DNA of 64,000 bases from a virus. Lineage: Duplodnaviria > Caudoviricetes. The position numbers were made by a program, and so were the translations under genes. Below, in pieces: positions 47,000-56,564 of the stretch (positions are counted from its first letter, which is position 1; each line of letters opens with the position of its first letter). The notes under the pieces are model-generated. The model was not told the origin of the DNA, made no database searches, and saw only the letters and a list, made by a program, of their open reading frames with translations. The stretch lies in the IMG/VR virus record IMGVR_UViG_3300020814_000535. One strand, 5' to 3'.

Positions 47000-49492
47000 T
47001 TAACGATCGAATGCTTGGCTGAAGACGTCTCCATTCCCATCTTCTTTGCCACCACTCTCTCTAATTTTCTTCATCTCTGCTTGTTCTCTCAGAACAGTCG
47101 ACTGAGGCACACAGTTATAATCGCTAGAATCGGGGTAGAAATTCAAGAAAAAAGTGTTCTTCGTGGAAGCAATTTTGTTTTTGCCGATAATGACCTCAAT
47201 TCTAGGGAGATAGATTTGTTCGTTTCGGGCATTCATTCCACGGTGGCAAACCGTGAAAGAATCTGGAAGGTCCGTAACGTCATTGTAGATATGAGCCGAG
47301 AAGTTGGCGTCATAAGAAATCTGGTTGGTTTCGCCGATGTTGGAATCATTGGGGCGAGTTCCTGGAGTGAGTTTTGGATACTCTACCGTAGAGAAGATAG
47401 AGACGTGATATCGCTCAGCAAACTTCTTCATCTGTTGCGAGGTTAACTGCCAACGAATACGAGCATCCTTAACATTCTCAAACCACATCAGTTTGTGGAA
47501 GTTGTCTAACATGTAGAGGACTTTTCCGTTAGCGGAATGGTAGGCAATAAGGCTTTCGATATAAGACATCGACTCGCCATTGTTTACGTCTTTCACAATT
47601 AGTCGTTTTGTTCTGACTAGGTTAAGTAGACGTTCATAACCAATCCTTCTCATCTCAGGAATCAGAGGGGCTAGAGGGATGTTTTGTCTGGACCAGTAAC
47701 GGGGATTCATTACGTGGGCCATAGCTAAAGATTTCGTCCCTTCAGCAATGGTCACCAGGCGGGGAGTTACTTGTGCGCGCGTGTCATCGATTGTGTGAAG
47801 AATAACTGTTACATCTTCATTGTACTCAGCTACCGAATAGGCAATTTTGGAGAAGAGAGCAGATTTGCCGCAATTGGGCCGACCACCCAAAACCATAAAC
47901 ACATCCTTGGTCCAGTCACCAGGAAGATTGTCTTGCAGAAAACGCAGGTCTTCTCCTAGCTGGAATCCTTCATAAGTATCTGGCTTAGTCTCTTCTTTCT
48001 CCCTCTGAGACTCAATAGCCTGAATAAAGTCATCGGCTCCAAAAGAATCCTTGTTGTATTTGATCGAAAGATTAACTAGGTCGGTGTAGGTATCGCGAAC
48101 AATCTCTTCCGCCGAATCAGGACGCTCTCTCAAAGAATAGGTCAGCTTCTCAATAATCGTCTCTCGTTCTTTTGAAACCTGGAAAGCCTTGGCGTCAAGA
48201 AGAACTCTTACATCCTCACGGATAGTCTGAATAGGAAAATCTGTTCGTTCAGAAAGGGTTCGACACAAACTTTCTCTTCTGACAGAAGATGGTTCTGTAG
48301 CAATGAGAGGAATCATTGCTTTACAGATTTCTTCTGGAGTGGCGTTCTCGTCAAAGCAATTCATTCTCCATTCAAAAGCAGTCCATCTAGAAAGCTTCAG
48401 AAATTCATCTAGTCCAAACTTACGAATGAAACTGTCTGGATCTTCATCTCTAGGAAGGACAACGATTTTGACGTCTAGGTCTTTGTGGCCCGCGAATCGT
48501 TCATCCAAAACTTTCTTGAGAGTCTTCTGCCCTGGCTCGTCTCCATCGGGACAAAGAATAATCTCGTAGACGCCTTTCTGTTTAATCAGGATGATCTGGT
48601 CTTCAGAAAGGATTCCTCCTGAGTGGCAAGCACAGTTGAGAAGCCCAGCTTGTTTAGCGGTAATAACATCAGACTGTCCTTCAAAGATCCAGAGGGGAGG
48701 ACAATGAGGAAGAGCTGTATCTAGACCATAGAGCCTAGAGTTCTTCTGGAAGATGTTACATTTCTGTCCAGTTGTTTTTAGTGCATCGTATTTGTGAGGT
48801 TTGGCTAATGTGGCATCTGCATCTGCTTGTTTCTTTTGCTCTTCATATTTCAAGTTCCGAGAGGAGAAACCAATCGGACGTCCATATTCATCTCTCCAGG
48901 TAAAGATCAGATTATCCGAGCTGAATAGATTGCGGCGGGTAAGATCGATTTCCCTTAGAAACTGGAGTTGGAATCCTTGATTGCGCAGGTTATTAATGAA
49001 ATCGTTGTAATCAAAGATCGCTCCGATGTTGTATTTCTGGAGTGTTTCTTTGGTCCAGCCCCGTCTTGCTACTTCCGCTTTGGCTGCTTGCTGAACCTGC
49101 TCGCCATTAAAATCAACCCACAAGAGATCTGCTGCTGCCTTGTAGGCTCGGTAGGTATCTAGTTCGTACAGATCGTCTTGGGTTAACTCTTCTACTTCAA
49201 GCTTAATCTCGTACTTGTCACACAGATACTTGATTGTATCTGTCATCCAGAGCTTTCCGCCTCTGGGCTTCTTTTCTAGAATACAAACAGCATCCAGGAT
49301 ATCCAACCCCTTGTTGCACCCAAAACACCAAGCCTTCTCGTCGTTGATTAGCTTACAAGAGGGAGTTGAGTCTTCATGGTCTGGATGAATGCAACAGAAG
49401 TTCCTGGTGGTATCAATACCTCGTTCCTGGAGGTATTCGCGTAGATGGTGCTTGAGCTGCTTGATGATTTCACCAAGTTGGCGGATTCTCAA
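47000..49492 (-). CDS. Primase-helicase fusion (CHC2 Zn finger + TOPRIM + DnaB-like helicase)
   Basis: CCIHPDH.D.TPS..CFGC, FEG..D, DGD, DPD; Walker A GGRPNCGKS, YMLDNFH, YDAN. Confidence 0.9.
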   Translation of the reverse strand: MRIRQLGEIIKQLKHHLREYLQERGIDTTRNFCCIHPDHEDSTPSCKLINDEKAWCFGCNKGLDILDAVCILEKKPRGGKLWMTDTIKYLCDKYEIKLEVEELTQDDLYELDTYRAYKAAADLLWVDFNGEQVQQAAKAEVARRGWTKETLQKYNIGAIFDYNDFINNLRNQGFQLQFLREIDLTRRNLFSSDNLIFTWRDEYGRPIGFSSRNLKYEEQKKQADADATLAKPHKYDALKTTGQKCNIFQKNSRLYGLDTALPHCPPLWIFEGQSDVITAKQAGLLNCACHSGGILSEDQIILIKQKGVYEIILCPDGDEPGQKTLKKVLDERFAGHKDLDVKIVVLPRDEDPDSFIRKFGLDEFLKLSRWTAFEWRMNCFDENATPEEICKAMIPLIATEPSSVRRESLCRTLSERTDFPIQTIREDVRVLLDAKAFQVSKERETIIEKLTYSLRERPDSAEEIVRDTYTDLVNLSIKYNKDSFGADDFIQAIESQREKEETKPDTYEGFQLGEDLRFLQDNLPGDWTKDVFMVLGGRPNCGKSALFSKIAYSVAEYNEDVTVILHTIDDTRAQVTPRLVTIAEGTKSLAMAHVMNPRYWSRQNIPLAPLIPEMRRIGYERLLNLVRTKRLIVKDVNNGESMSYIESLIAYHSANGKVLYMLDNFHKLMWFENVKDARIRWQLTSQQMKKFAERYHVSIFSTVEYPKLTPGTRPNDSNIGETNQISYDANFSAHIYNDVTDLPDSFTVCHRGMNARNEQIYLPRIEVIIGKNKIASTKNTFFLNFYPDSSDYNCVPQSTVLREQAEMKKIRESGGKEDGNGDVFSQAFDR

Positions 49493-49507
49493 GATTTAAA
49501 CCTAGCC

Positions 49508-50401
49508 TTAGATGCGAGGACGGCCGTCCTTGTACCAACATAGTTTTTCGTATGGACATCCGGCGCGGCATTGCCAGTCACCTGGAATCTCTTCGCCCTT
49601 CTTGTATTTGTCCATCGCGGTTTTGGACAGGTCACCGATTTCGGCATAGAGCTTAATCTTCTCGGGAGAGTAGATAAGCTCATAGTCGTTCTGAGGGATA
49701 GTGTCGGACTTGGCGCACTGATCAAGGAGTCTATATCTAGCATAGATGTCTTCTATTGTGAAGCGGAAGTCTGTAACTCCGTTAATCGTAAAGCGAGTTC
49801 CTTCGAGGGTATCTTTCAGATCGAGATCGAATTCTGCGCGCTTGCTCGAATCGCGTGCGTAGTAAATCAATTTGGCATAACCAAAAATGTTTCTAAACTT
49901 GTGCAAATAGAGAAGAGCCTGAAGAGCATTATGAGTTTTTGGTTGGCCAGGATAGCCTCGCGAACCACAGACCTCTTTAGTGGCAAACCATCCGTATATA
50001 GTTTTGCACTCTACAACAACCAGCTCACTGGTATTCGGATCTTTTACAACACAATCTACTTCTCCAGAAATATTCAACTCCTCATCATAGAAGCGAAGAT
50101 TATTTTCAACCCAAATACCAGCTTGCTTCCATTCTTCAATCATCATCTGCTCAATAACTTTGCCTAATCGGAAGAAGTTCCATTCTGTATAAGCATCAGC
50201 TTTCCCACCTGGCTGACCTTTAATCCTGAAGTAGGACTTGCGAAGACAGGTTCCTGCTACACGTTTAATGTCGTGAGCATCGATCCATTCTACAGAAGCC
50301 TCAGAGGGGTAGTAATGTTTTCCGCGAGGGAGAGATAATTTATCGCGCGTAATCCACTTGTCGGTGAATTCCACCAAACTAAATCTACTTTTGTTTTCCA
50401 A
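49508..50401 (-). CDS. Cas4-like PD-(D/E)XK exonuclease
   Basis: CLRK, SGEVD, VECKT, Q...Y, C-terminal CRAGCPYEKLC. Confidence 0.8.
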   Translation of the reverse strand: MENKSRFSLVEFTDKWITRDKLSLPRGKHYYPSEASVEWIDAHDIKRVAGTCLRKSYFRIKGQPGGKADAYTEWNFFRLGKVIEQMMIEEWKQAGIWVENNLRFYDEELNISGEVDCVVKDPNTSELVVVECKTIYGWFATKEVCGSRGYPGQPKTHNALQALLYLHKFRNIFGYAKLIYYARDSSKRAEFDLDLKDTLEGTRFTINGVTDFRFTIEDIYARYRLLDQCAKSDTIPQNDYELIYSPEKIKLYAEIGDLSKTAMDKYKKGEEIPGDWQCRAGCPYEKLCWYKDGRPRI

Positions 50402-50409
50402 TAAGATTC

Positions 50410-50631
50410 CTATGACTTACTTTGTATCTGATTCAATCGATTGGTGAGGAGAGTTACTGATGTCTCTAGAGCAGTGAGGCGAGTAGTTATGTCGTCAAAT
50501 TCGTTCTGACGGATAAGGAGTAGTTGGCGGAACTGTTTGTCAGAAACAGTATTCCTGAGCCAAACCAACATCTTATTGATCGTTGTTTCGATCAGAGACA
50601 TGCGAGATTCTTCGGAACTAGTAAAAGCCAT
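50410..50631 (-). CDS. Coiled-coil hypothetical protein
   Basis: Heptad pattern RLTALETSV. Confidence 0.6.
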   Translation of the reverse strand: MAFTSSEESRMSLIETTINKMLVWLRNTVSDKQFRQLLLIRQNEFDDITTRLTALETSVTLLTNRLNQIQSKS

Positions 50632-50634
50632 TAA

Positions 50635-50937
50635 CTACTTCCAAATCGGGCAAGAGGTGAAAAGCATCAGGATTGCGCCAAGAATACTTGTTAATACCGT
50701 GCCATACATGCCAAAGATGAGCTTTTGTTTAAAACCGATAGTAGCTGTTCTATCTCTAAGGGTATTTACTTCGCCACAAACCTTAGTTTCAAACTTATCA
50801 AACTTTTCATCCAGAGACTGAAAGCCTCTGTCAATCTTGTCTTCCATCCGTTGCATTTGGAGTTCGCGCTTGTTTTCATCTTCTTTAAGGCCAGCTACTT
50901 GGGTTTCGAGAACAATAACCCTACTAGATAGTTCCAA
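50635..50937 (-). CDS. Coiled-coil protein with C-terminal TM helix (XhlA/holin-like)
   Basis: GGAGG + TTG 50937; RVIVLE..V coiled coil; hydrophobic C-terminus. Confidence 0.5.
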   Translation of the reverse strand: MELSSRVIVLETQVAGLKEDENKRELQMQRMEDKIDRGFQSLDEKFDKFETKVCGEVNTLRDRTATIGFKQKLIFGMYGTVLTSILGAILMLFTSCPIWK

Positions 50938-50989
50938 GCCTGACCTCCCTAAACTAGTGTCAATAGGTATATAGATTATTATATTTGAA

Positions 50990-51559
50990 TTATTTAGAAT
51001 TGCTAGATTTGTTGATAAACTCTTGTTTAACAAAATCTTTTAGAACAGGAAGAAGGGAGTCGCGAAGAAAAACATATTCTGTATTTGGCTTGTAAACTAT
51101 CCATTCGTAGAGATTATACCAAGCCTCCCAAAGACAATCAGGAGCATTGCTAAGAAACAGGTCTTCGCTCCTTGTATCCAGGGTGTCATCACTCAAGGAA
51201 TCCCAAATCTCTCTAGCTTTTTCTTTTGAGATAAAGTCGTTCTTGCGGTTACAGATCACTTGCGTCTTGAGATTCAGGATAGTCTCTTTTGCATCGAATT
51301 CCCTATTTTTATGAAGGGGTGCTAATTTAGCAGCCAGATACTCGTTCCCAGCAGTTGTAAAGAAGTTCCACCAGTCTTCTTCAGTTCGCCTCCAGGTATA
51401 TGCCCAAGTTCCCCAATCAGAGTTAATCATCAAACAAAACACCTTGCGTGGACAAACGTCTTTGAAGATAACGTAAGCCCAACCAAAAGATTTGAACTCA
51501 AAATGATACAGCGTTACAGGTTCTACAAAAACGCCTTCTGTTTCCAATGGATAGGCCAA
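50990..51559 (-). CDS. Hypothetical protein
   Basis: 189-aa Trp-rich ORF (SDWG.W.Y.W). Confidence 0.65.
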   Translation of the reverse strand: MAYPLETEGVFVEPVTLYHFEFKSFGWAYVIFKDVCPRKVFCLMINSDWGTWAYTWRRTEEDWWNFFTTAGNEYLAAKLAPLHKNREFDAKETILNLKTQVICNRKNDFISKEKAREIWDSLSDDTLDTRSEDLFLSNAPDCLWEAWYNLYEWIVYKPNTEYVFLRDSLLPVLKDFVKQEFINKSSNSK

Positions 51560-51569
51560 ATATCACCCT

Positions 51570-53594
51570 TTACTTAAAATTACTCAAATCATAATCGACC
51601 ATCCGATGAACTAGCGTCTTGAAATCAACCTCTGGCTTCCAACCGAGTTCCTGTCTTATTTTGGTGGAGTCGCCGATTAACACATCTACCTCTGCGGGGC
51701 GAAAGAATCGAGGATCGATCTTTACATACTGTTGGTAGTCTCCCAATCCAGCGTATTCAAAAGCTATCTCACAGAACTCTCTTACTGAGTGAGTTTCCCC
51801 AGAAGCTAGAACGTAATCCTTGGGTTCAGGAGATTTGGTCAACATCAGGATCTGCCCCTTACAAACGTCAGAAGCACAAGACCAATCTCTTTTGGCGTCT
51901 AGGTTTCCGAGAAAGATAAAATTCGTGCGCTTGTTCTTAATAGACGCAACACCAAGTGTAATCTTTCGGGTAACAAAGTTGGGGCCGCGCTTTCCTGGAG
52001 AATTAGATACAACCAAATTTCCTACGCCAGCCATCAATTTTCCGCTTTCGGTTTCTACATTGAAAACAAAAGTATGTTCGTTGTCTCTTGTAAAAGAGAA
52101 TTTCTTCTTCAATATATCTGTTTCTTTTTTTGCAAAACCACGCCCTTCGTGCAAGTCAGAATGCAGATTCACTTGATAATACAGTCTGTCTCGTTGTTCA
52201 AACTTATTGATATTAAAAGTTTGTCCCGTTATGTTTTGAACCAAGAACAATAACCCTTGACAAAGAAGAGCGGAATTACTTTTAAATGACTTAAACTCAT
52301 ACACGCAGGAATCTTTTTTGAGACCATCGCCAGCGTAGTATCCCCTAAAAAATGCTAATTGAACTTCTTTGGTAGCATTTAGAATAATAGAGGGCACCTT
52401 CTTGTGTTTTGTATTTTTGTCGTAAAGCTCCTTTCTCAGGAAGTCTTTCTGCTCCTTCGGAATCCCATTGACGCAAATACGCTCACTAGAAGAATTTTCA
52501 AACCCAGATTCTCCAATTCTCTTCACAAAGGTCACATCGCAAAAACACTTTTTTGTAATTTCAATAAAATATTGTTGTAAATCTGGGTCGATATTTGAGA
52601 AGCCCACATCGTGAGAGTCTTCTGCGATGTGGCCTTCTGAAGTCAACATTCCTAAGAATTCTGCAAAAGGAAGAGACATCTCCTTGGCATTAATGTGAGG
52701 TGGAAAAGTTCCAAGCTTAAGTATGTCTCCTTCGGAAAGATTAAAACACTCCGTTTTCTCTTCCGTCTGTAATATCATTTTGTGATTAGGCGTTACATCT
52801 ACACACCCACCCCGACAGTTCACAATCTCTCTAGACTGATACTTTTCCTCTAATGTTTTAATTTTTCTTTTTGATACAAGAATCAATTTAACAAACTTTT
52901 CTCCATCCCAAATTTCAGTATCTGCTTCTGAATAATCTTTTTCCTTATATAAAATATCCGATTTATTTGTTACCAAAGATGAAACGTAAACGATGTCAAT
53001 ATCTTCTTTATTTCGCCTAATAATAATAGGCGTGTCAGGAAAGAAACACTCATGGTTAAAAGAAATGCTATTACAAGCAAAAATCTTATATGATTCTCTA
53101 TAGTTTACACATGCCCAGAATCCAAAAAGTTTTGCTACCCCATACGGACTTCTTGGATGAAAAGGAGATTCCTCATTGCAAAGGTTGTCAGACATCCCTC
53201 CAAACAATTCGCTTGTGCTGGCCTGAAGAAATTTTGTATGAATGCCTGACTGTCGAATAGCTTCAAGGCAATTGATAACACCCACGCCGGTTACTTCGGC
53301 AGTAAAAATAGGTTGTTCAAAGGAAGTTCCAACGTGGGATTGTGCAGCTTCATTAAAAAAGAGATCAGCTTTCGCTAATTTACACAACCTCAATAAGCTT
53401 GGTAGGTCCGTCAAATCGCCTTCAACTACCTCGAGATTCTTGTTTCCCTCGAGATTTGCGGCGCAACCCAAATCCAACCCACGAGACGAACGCCTGATAA
53501 AACCAAAGACTTTGTATCCATCTTTCAATAGTAGTTCAGCCAGGATACTTCCATCCTGTCCTGTTAGACCAGTAACAATAGCTGTTTTCTGCAA
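51570..53594 (-). CDS. gmd: GDP-mannose 4,6-dehydratase, intein-containing
   Basis: TGLTGQDGS, AAQSHV..SF, QASTSELFG, PRSPYGVAK, FNHE/SP, FVTRKI, LGNLDAKRDW. Confidence 0.95.
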   Translation of the reverse strand: MQKTAIVTGLTGQDGSILAELLLKDGYKVFGFIRRSSRGLDLGCAANLEGNKNLEVVEGDLTDLPSLLRLCKLAKADLFFNEAAQSHVGTSFEQPIFTAEVTGVGVINCLEAIRQSGIHTKFLQASTSELFGGMSDNLCNEESPFHPRSPYGVAKLFGFWACVNYRESYKIFACNSISFNHECFFPDTPIIIRRNKEDIDIVYVSSLVTNKSDILYKEKDYSEADTEIWDGEKFVKLILVSKRKIKTLEEKYQSREIVNCRGGCVDVTPNHKMILQTEEKTECFNLSEGDILKLGTFPPHINAKEMSLPFAEFLGMLTSEGHIAEDSHDVGFSNIDPDLQQYFIEITKKCFCDVTFVKRIGESGFENSSSERICVNGIPKEQKDFLRKELYDKNTKHKKVPSIILNATKEVQLAFFRGYYAGDGLKKDSCVYEFKSFKSNSALLCQGLLFLVQNITGQTFNINKFEQRDRLYYQVNLHSDLHEGRGFAKKETDILKKKFSFTRDNEHTFVFNVETESGKLMAGVGNLVVSNSPGKRGPNFVTRKITLGVASIKNKRTNFIFLGNLDAKRDWSCASDVCKGQILMLTKSPEPKDYVLASGETHSVREFCEIAFEYAGLGDYQQYVKIDPRFFRPAEVDVLIGDSTKIRQELGWKPEVDFKTLVHRMVDYDLSNFK
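52002..53048 (-). mobile_element. Intein (349 aa) with LAGLIDADG endonuclease in the Gmd NHES motif
   Basis: CFFPDT, VTPNH, FLGMLTSEG / FFRGYYAGDG; ends VVSN/S. Confidence 0.92.
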
Positions 53595-53649
53595 TGGGAC
53601 TCCTTAGAAGCTTATTTCTAGGACTATCAGGTTTGAAGAGGATTGTAAA

Positions 53650-54342
53650 CTAGAAAGTAAACTCAGGATGGGGAGCAATGCCGACGATTGGGTTGTCGGA
53701 TAGCTGGATCGTTTTGGTGTTACCGGCCGATTCTAAGACTAGGGTACCGTCGCCATATCCAACAATGAAGCCTGTTTTCAATTCGACACAAGAAGTTATA
53801 GTTTGTTCTCTACGTCTACCTCTATATGAAATTTCGGCCAAAGAAGAAATGTTAAAATATGCCATTCCTGCAAGATTTGTATCTAAGTTAACTTTAGACA
53901 AACACCCATTAGCTTTGATCAACACATTCGGAGGCACAACGTCCAAGATCTCACCAGGAAGGCTGCCCAAATCTTTCAGCAGATAGAACTCTCCCCACGG
54001 GTTGAGATAGAAGACTTTCTTGTTCCCGCCGGAAACAACTAAAGTCCCTCCGTCAGTTGGATGGATAGCTTTAATATCCCAGCAGTCGAAATACTTGTAG
54101 GCAGCTTGGATATCGAGTGTGTCGGCATTAAGCCTGACCACGGCATTGCCAAATGCCACCCAAATTGCATTGTTAAAAAAGGCGCAGCCGACTATCTCGT
54201 AATGCGGATTTATTCCTCCAAGAAATGGGAAGTCTAAAAGTTTCCGAGAAATCGGCCAACCACTAAAATCCCAGCAGATCACCTCTCCCGGATACATATT
54301 TGAAGGAGCAAACTTTGTTGCTACATAAATCCTATTACTCAT
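53650..54342 (-). CDS. Beta-rich (possible propeller) hypothetical protein
   Basis: Repeated short beta strands, GYGDGT blade-like motif. Confidence 0.5.
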   Translation of the reverse strand: MSNRIYVATKFAPSNMYPGEVICWDFSGWPISRKLLDFPFLGGINPHYEIVGCAFFNNAIWVAFGNAVVRLNADTLDIQAAYKYFDCWDIKAIHPTDGGTLVVSGGNKKVFYLNPWGEFYLLKDLGSLPGEILDVVPPNVLIKANGCLSKVNLDTNLAGMAYFNISSLAEISYRGRRREQTITSCVELKTGFIVGYGDGTLVLESAGNTKTIQLSDNPIVGIAPHPEFTF

Positions 54343-56561
54343 CGCAAATTACTCAAAAATACTTTAATATTCTCAAACTCAGCATCAAAATCAACAATCT
54401 GTTTAAACCTCTTATAAGCATTCTCACACATCTTTCTGTGGTTATCTGGTTGAGAAAAGAAACGAATCAATTGAGAGTTTTCGTGAATTGAACGTCTGGA
54501 GATATCGATGCAGGTGGAACCGTCAATAAGAAGAGGTTCGGCTAGCTTGCCTTTATAGTAATTTACTTTCATAAAAGCAGGGCGTCCGACAGCATAGGCA
54601 TTATGAAGGCTATTGCCCGTCACAACCGGGATCCCATTTCTTCTTGTAACAACCAATGAGTTGGGGACAGTCACGCAATAAACCATCCCTTTGTAGGAGA
54701 CCAATTTATAAGGCTCAAACAGCTTTCTTTTTGTCAGAAGATGAGAATAACTTGGGCTTAATTCTGTGCTTATACTCAAACTCCAGAGATATTGTTTCCC
54801 AATATTTACAGGGTTCTTTCTCCTCATCCGAGAGCGAAGGCCTAGTTTAATTGCTATCTCTTGCAAGCTATCTGCCATTCTTTTGGAAGAAATGCTTATT
54901 GTAATAGCGGTAGATTTCCCCTTTTGGATCTTATTAATTCCGTCCTCTTGAGCAACAGAATCTATTCGTTTGAATCTACACATCTTTTCCTCACCACCCG
55001 ACCTTTGATCGATAGTTCCGTCTCCAAGGGTAAAAGCTTCAAGGAAGCTCCATAATATCTCGCGGTTCCCGTTAAGAATTTCCGGGGGAATAAATTTGTC
55101 GTAACATTTTCCATATTCCTTAAAAACGTCATACAACTCCTTGCTTCCAACCCATAAGCGATAAACCTGCTTCTTAGGGCAAGGATCTCCGTTTTTGCGA
55201 TAGAGCTGTCTTTTTCTTTCCATAGAACATTTTGATATGGAACTATTTGTATAGCCTAAACTATTCAGAAGTTTTTGAACCTCTTCAATATACTGAAAGT
55301 TTGTATTGTCTATTATAACTGCGTGAGCGCCCTCTTTGGCCTCGCCAGTGATCCTGCTTTTGTAATTAGTTTTCTTGACACAACCTTCTGCTAAATACCA
55401 GCCAAGGAAGCGGGCTTTTTCTATAGAGCAGGTGTTTCCGCCCTTCCATTCGTCAGCAGCTACCTTGAATCCAACTCTTTTACGAGGAGACCGACTTATA
55501 TAATTTAGATCTTTGGCCTCTTTGAAACGCCATCCTTTAGAGGAACTGTCGTCGGCATATTCTTCAATCCACATTCGATGGTTCGGGGTTACCAATACAT
55601 CCATGATTCGACTATCAAAATGACACATATCTCCTTTGTATTCGAAGGCATGATAAGCGGTTGGTTGCTGATATTGCAGTTCTCCTGTTTTCTGGTTTAG
55701 AGTGGCAACCTTGTCTTTTGGATTTAACTCGGGGAACAACTTCCAGCCGGAATCCGTAAGCACTTCAGTGTCTTCTGAGTGACAGTGGCCCATTCCGTCC
55801 CCCTCCGGCTTCGTGCTGTAAAACCATCCCATTTCCCTGCATGCATCTGCTATATCTCCCATGTAACACAAATCATATTCCATCCCCGCTCCGTACGTCT
55901 TAAACTCAAATTCAGGAAGAGCCTGCTTGTAAGCTCGGTGGAGTTCCATCTCTCTCATGTAGTGGATGAACGAGTAGACCTTGTTGTGGCTTGTCGGCGG
56001 TTCGTAACGAAAGACGTCCAGGTCGAATTCCTGGTGATAATAACAAACATTAATATCTGGAGGCACTGCGAACGGAGCTGTAGATGCCAGGATATTCTTT
56101 ACACCAGGCAGATGTCCCCAGGCATTCCCCACTTGGAAGATATGTTTCGCTTGCGGCTGAAACTGGGCAATAAGATTATTGTAAATAGGAATATGGGAAG
56201 GTACGGAAGAAATAATGATATCAAACTTTGTCTCTTTGAACTTCTCTAGAGTAATCCCTCTGTGGACCTTTTTAGTAGAAGGATCTTCGATGTAATAAAT
56301 ACCGTCTTCTACTGTGTAATGGTCGTTTAGCTTCATGCGTTCCGGGAGGAGGAAACCATGTACATCTCTTTTGAAGCACTGCTCTAGGGTCAAGTATTGT
56401 CTGGCCGTGCTTTCGTGTACTCCTGGATAAAGTTGCCAGTAGCCTTGTTGATGCCATTCAATACCTGCTGGACGATAAAGTTCGCAGTTCAGTCGTTTCT
56501 CAAAGAGAAGTTGAAGAGAATAAAAGAGCGCACAATGATGAAGATCTGCAAAAACTTTCAT
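54339..56561 (-). CDS. GT-B (GT4-like) glycosyltransferase, intein-containing
   Basis: Spliced motif KPEGDGMGH/SLHNAYAVGRP, LIDGSTC, MCENAY..F; cluster context. Confidence 0.75.
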   Translation of the reverse strand: MKVFADLHHCALFYSLQLLFEKRLNCELYRPAGIEWHQQGYWQLYPGVHESTARQYLTLEQCFKRDVHGFLLPERMKLNDHYTVEDGIYYIEDPSTKKVHRGITLEKFKETKFDIIISSVPSHIPIYNNLIAQFQPQAKHIFQVGNAWGHLPGVKNILASTAPFAVPPDINVCYYHQEFDLDVFRYEPPTSHNKVYSFIHYMREMELHRAYKQALPEFEFKTYGAGMEYDLCYMGDIADACREMGWFYSTKPEGDGMGHCHSEDTEVLTDSGWKLFPELNPKDKVATLNQKTGELQYQQPTAYHAFEYKGDMCHFDSRIMDVLVTPNHRMWIEEYADDSSSKGWRFKEAKDLNYISRSPRKRVGFKVAADEWKGGNTCSIEKARFLGWYLAEGCVKKTNYKSRITGEAKEGAHAVIIDNTNFQYIEEVQKLLNSLGYTNSSISKCSMERKRQLYRKNGDPCPKKQVYRLWVGSKELYDVFKEYGKCYDKFIPPEILNGNREILWSFLEAFTLGDGTIDQRSGGEEKMCRFKRIDSVAQEDGINKIQKGKSTAITISISSKRMADSLQEIAIKLGLRSRMRRKNPVNIGKQYLWSLSISTELSPSYSHLLTKRKLFEPYKLVSYKGMVYCVTVPNSLVVTRRNGIPVVTGNSLHNAYAVGRPAFMKVNYYKGKLAEPLLIDGSTCIDISRRSIHENSQLIRFFSQPDNHRKMCENAYKRFKQIVDFDAEFENIKVFLSNLR
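54612..55784 (-). mobile_element. Intein (391 aa) with LAGLIDADG endonuclease
   Basis: CHSEDTEVLT..GW, VTPNHRM, FLGWYLAEG / FLEAFTLGDG, VYCVTVP...RRNG...TGN/S. Confidence 0.93.
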
Positions 56562-56564
56562 AGT

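Noticed and set aside
45796-47055. ORF-track start at 47055 for the vWA gene (similarly 51033, 30301, 38436, 37769)
   Set aside because: Downstream starts fit better on SD quality and/or minimal overlap with the upstream gene (46983, 50937, 30322, 38475, 37811)
43621-50401. CRISPR-Cas system (Cas12-like plus Cas4-like genes)
   Set aside because: No repeat-spacer array or cas1/cas2 is seen; the 383-aa protein has ordinary TnpB size and motifs
54962-55150. A second out-of-frame ORF inside the other glycosyltransferase intein
   Set aside because: Only 62 aa with no motif; that intein already has an in-frame two-motif LAGLIDADG domain
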